Source of the DNA: an uncultured virus (IMG/VR IMGVR_UViG_3300034019_000699) | Lineage: Duplodnaviria; Heunggongvirae; Uroviricota; Caudoviricetes | Length of the DNA stretch: 64,000 nt | Direction: 5' to 3' (one strand) | Virus record (IMG/VR): IMGVR_UViG_3300034019_000699 | Shown here: in pieces, positions 63,740-64,000 of the stretch | Layout of the letters: each line of letters begins with the position of its first letter | Position numbering within the stretch: position 1 is the first letter of the stretch | The notes under the pieces: generated by a model | Seen by the model: only the letters and a program-made list of their open reading frames with translations | The model's database searches: none | Told to the model about the DNA's origin: nothing | Position numbers and translations under genes: made by a program

Positions 63740-64000
63740 ATGTTTTTTTAAAAAAAGAGTTCGATGATGCTGGATATAACACTGAGGTTTTCCATGACCA
63801 GGTTTTGTTTATTTATGATTTTTTAAAAGACGGAGAGTTAGAAATTTTATGGAACATAATTAATACCACTGACAACGCAGACTGGTCAATAGAGTATACT
63901 AAAAATCTTGCCAGGTTTTGCATGGAAAAATTTGGAAGGGACGATGTTGAAAATTTAATTTCAGAAGGTAAATTTGAAAAAACTCTTGGATGGGAAGATA
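63736..64000 (+). CDS. 3'-truncated ORF, probably another oxygenase
   Basis: ATGA overlap; VLFIYDFL..E resembles the N-termini of neighbouring oxygenases. Confidence 0.5.
   Translation, partial: MNVFLKKEFDDAGYNTEVFHDQVLFIYDFLKDGELEILWNIINTTDNADWSIEYTKNLARFCMEKFGRDDVENLISEGKFEKTLGWED

Noticed and set aside
1..64000. Alternative genetic code
   Set aside because: Recognisable genes are full length under the standard code and use TAA, TAG and TGA as stops.

Overview
AT-rich 64-kb segment of a large tailed dsDNA phage that most likely infects low-GC freshwater Actinobacteria (inference from a whiB gene, pervasive leaderless TGnTATAAT promoters and RecA-NDp/PafBC-type promoters). Layout: (1) 1-12.1 kb, + strand: membrane/lysis and host-takeover genes (Ntn-protease, subtilase, CHAP amidase, SNase, WhiB, Hsp20, HNH) and candidate small RNAs. 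(2) 12.3-24.6 kb, mostly - strand: auxiliary genes (carbamoyltransferase, two peroxidases, several 2OG-Fe(II) oxygenases, PnuC-like protein) and two tRNAs. (3) 24.3-38.0 kb: an early-type region of small genes in two divergent arms, with tRNA-Asp. Its intergenic blocks repeat a fixed grammar: 3' pseudoknot, CACGTG, paired DnaA boxes, CRP-type palindrome, CGACACGCC and/or GGACA-N4-GGACA, then a promoter, often TGTCAG-N10-TAnnnT (11 exact copies). (4) 40.4-64 kb, + strand: tail/fibre genes, including two Pro-rich repeat proteins, (PTPVA)n and (P/F)78. Each is followed directly by prolyl-hydroxylase-like oxygenases, and the first also by glycosyltransferases and a GDP-sugar epimerase. Protein calls come from motif recognition by eye; no database searches were run.
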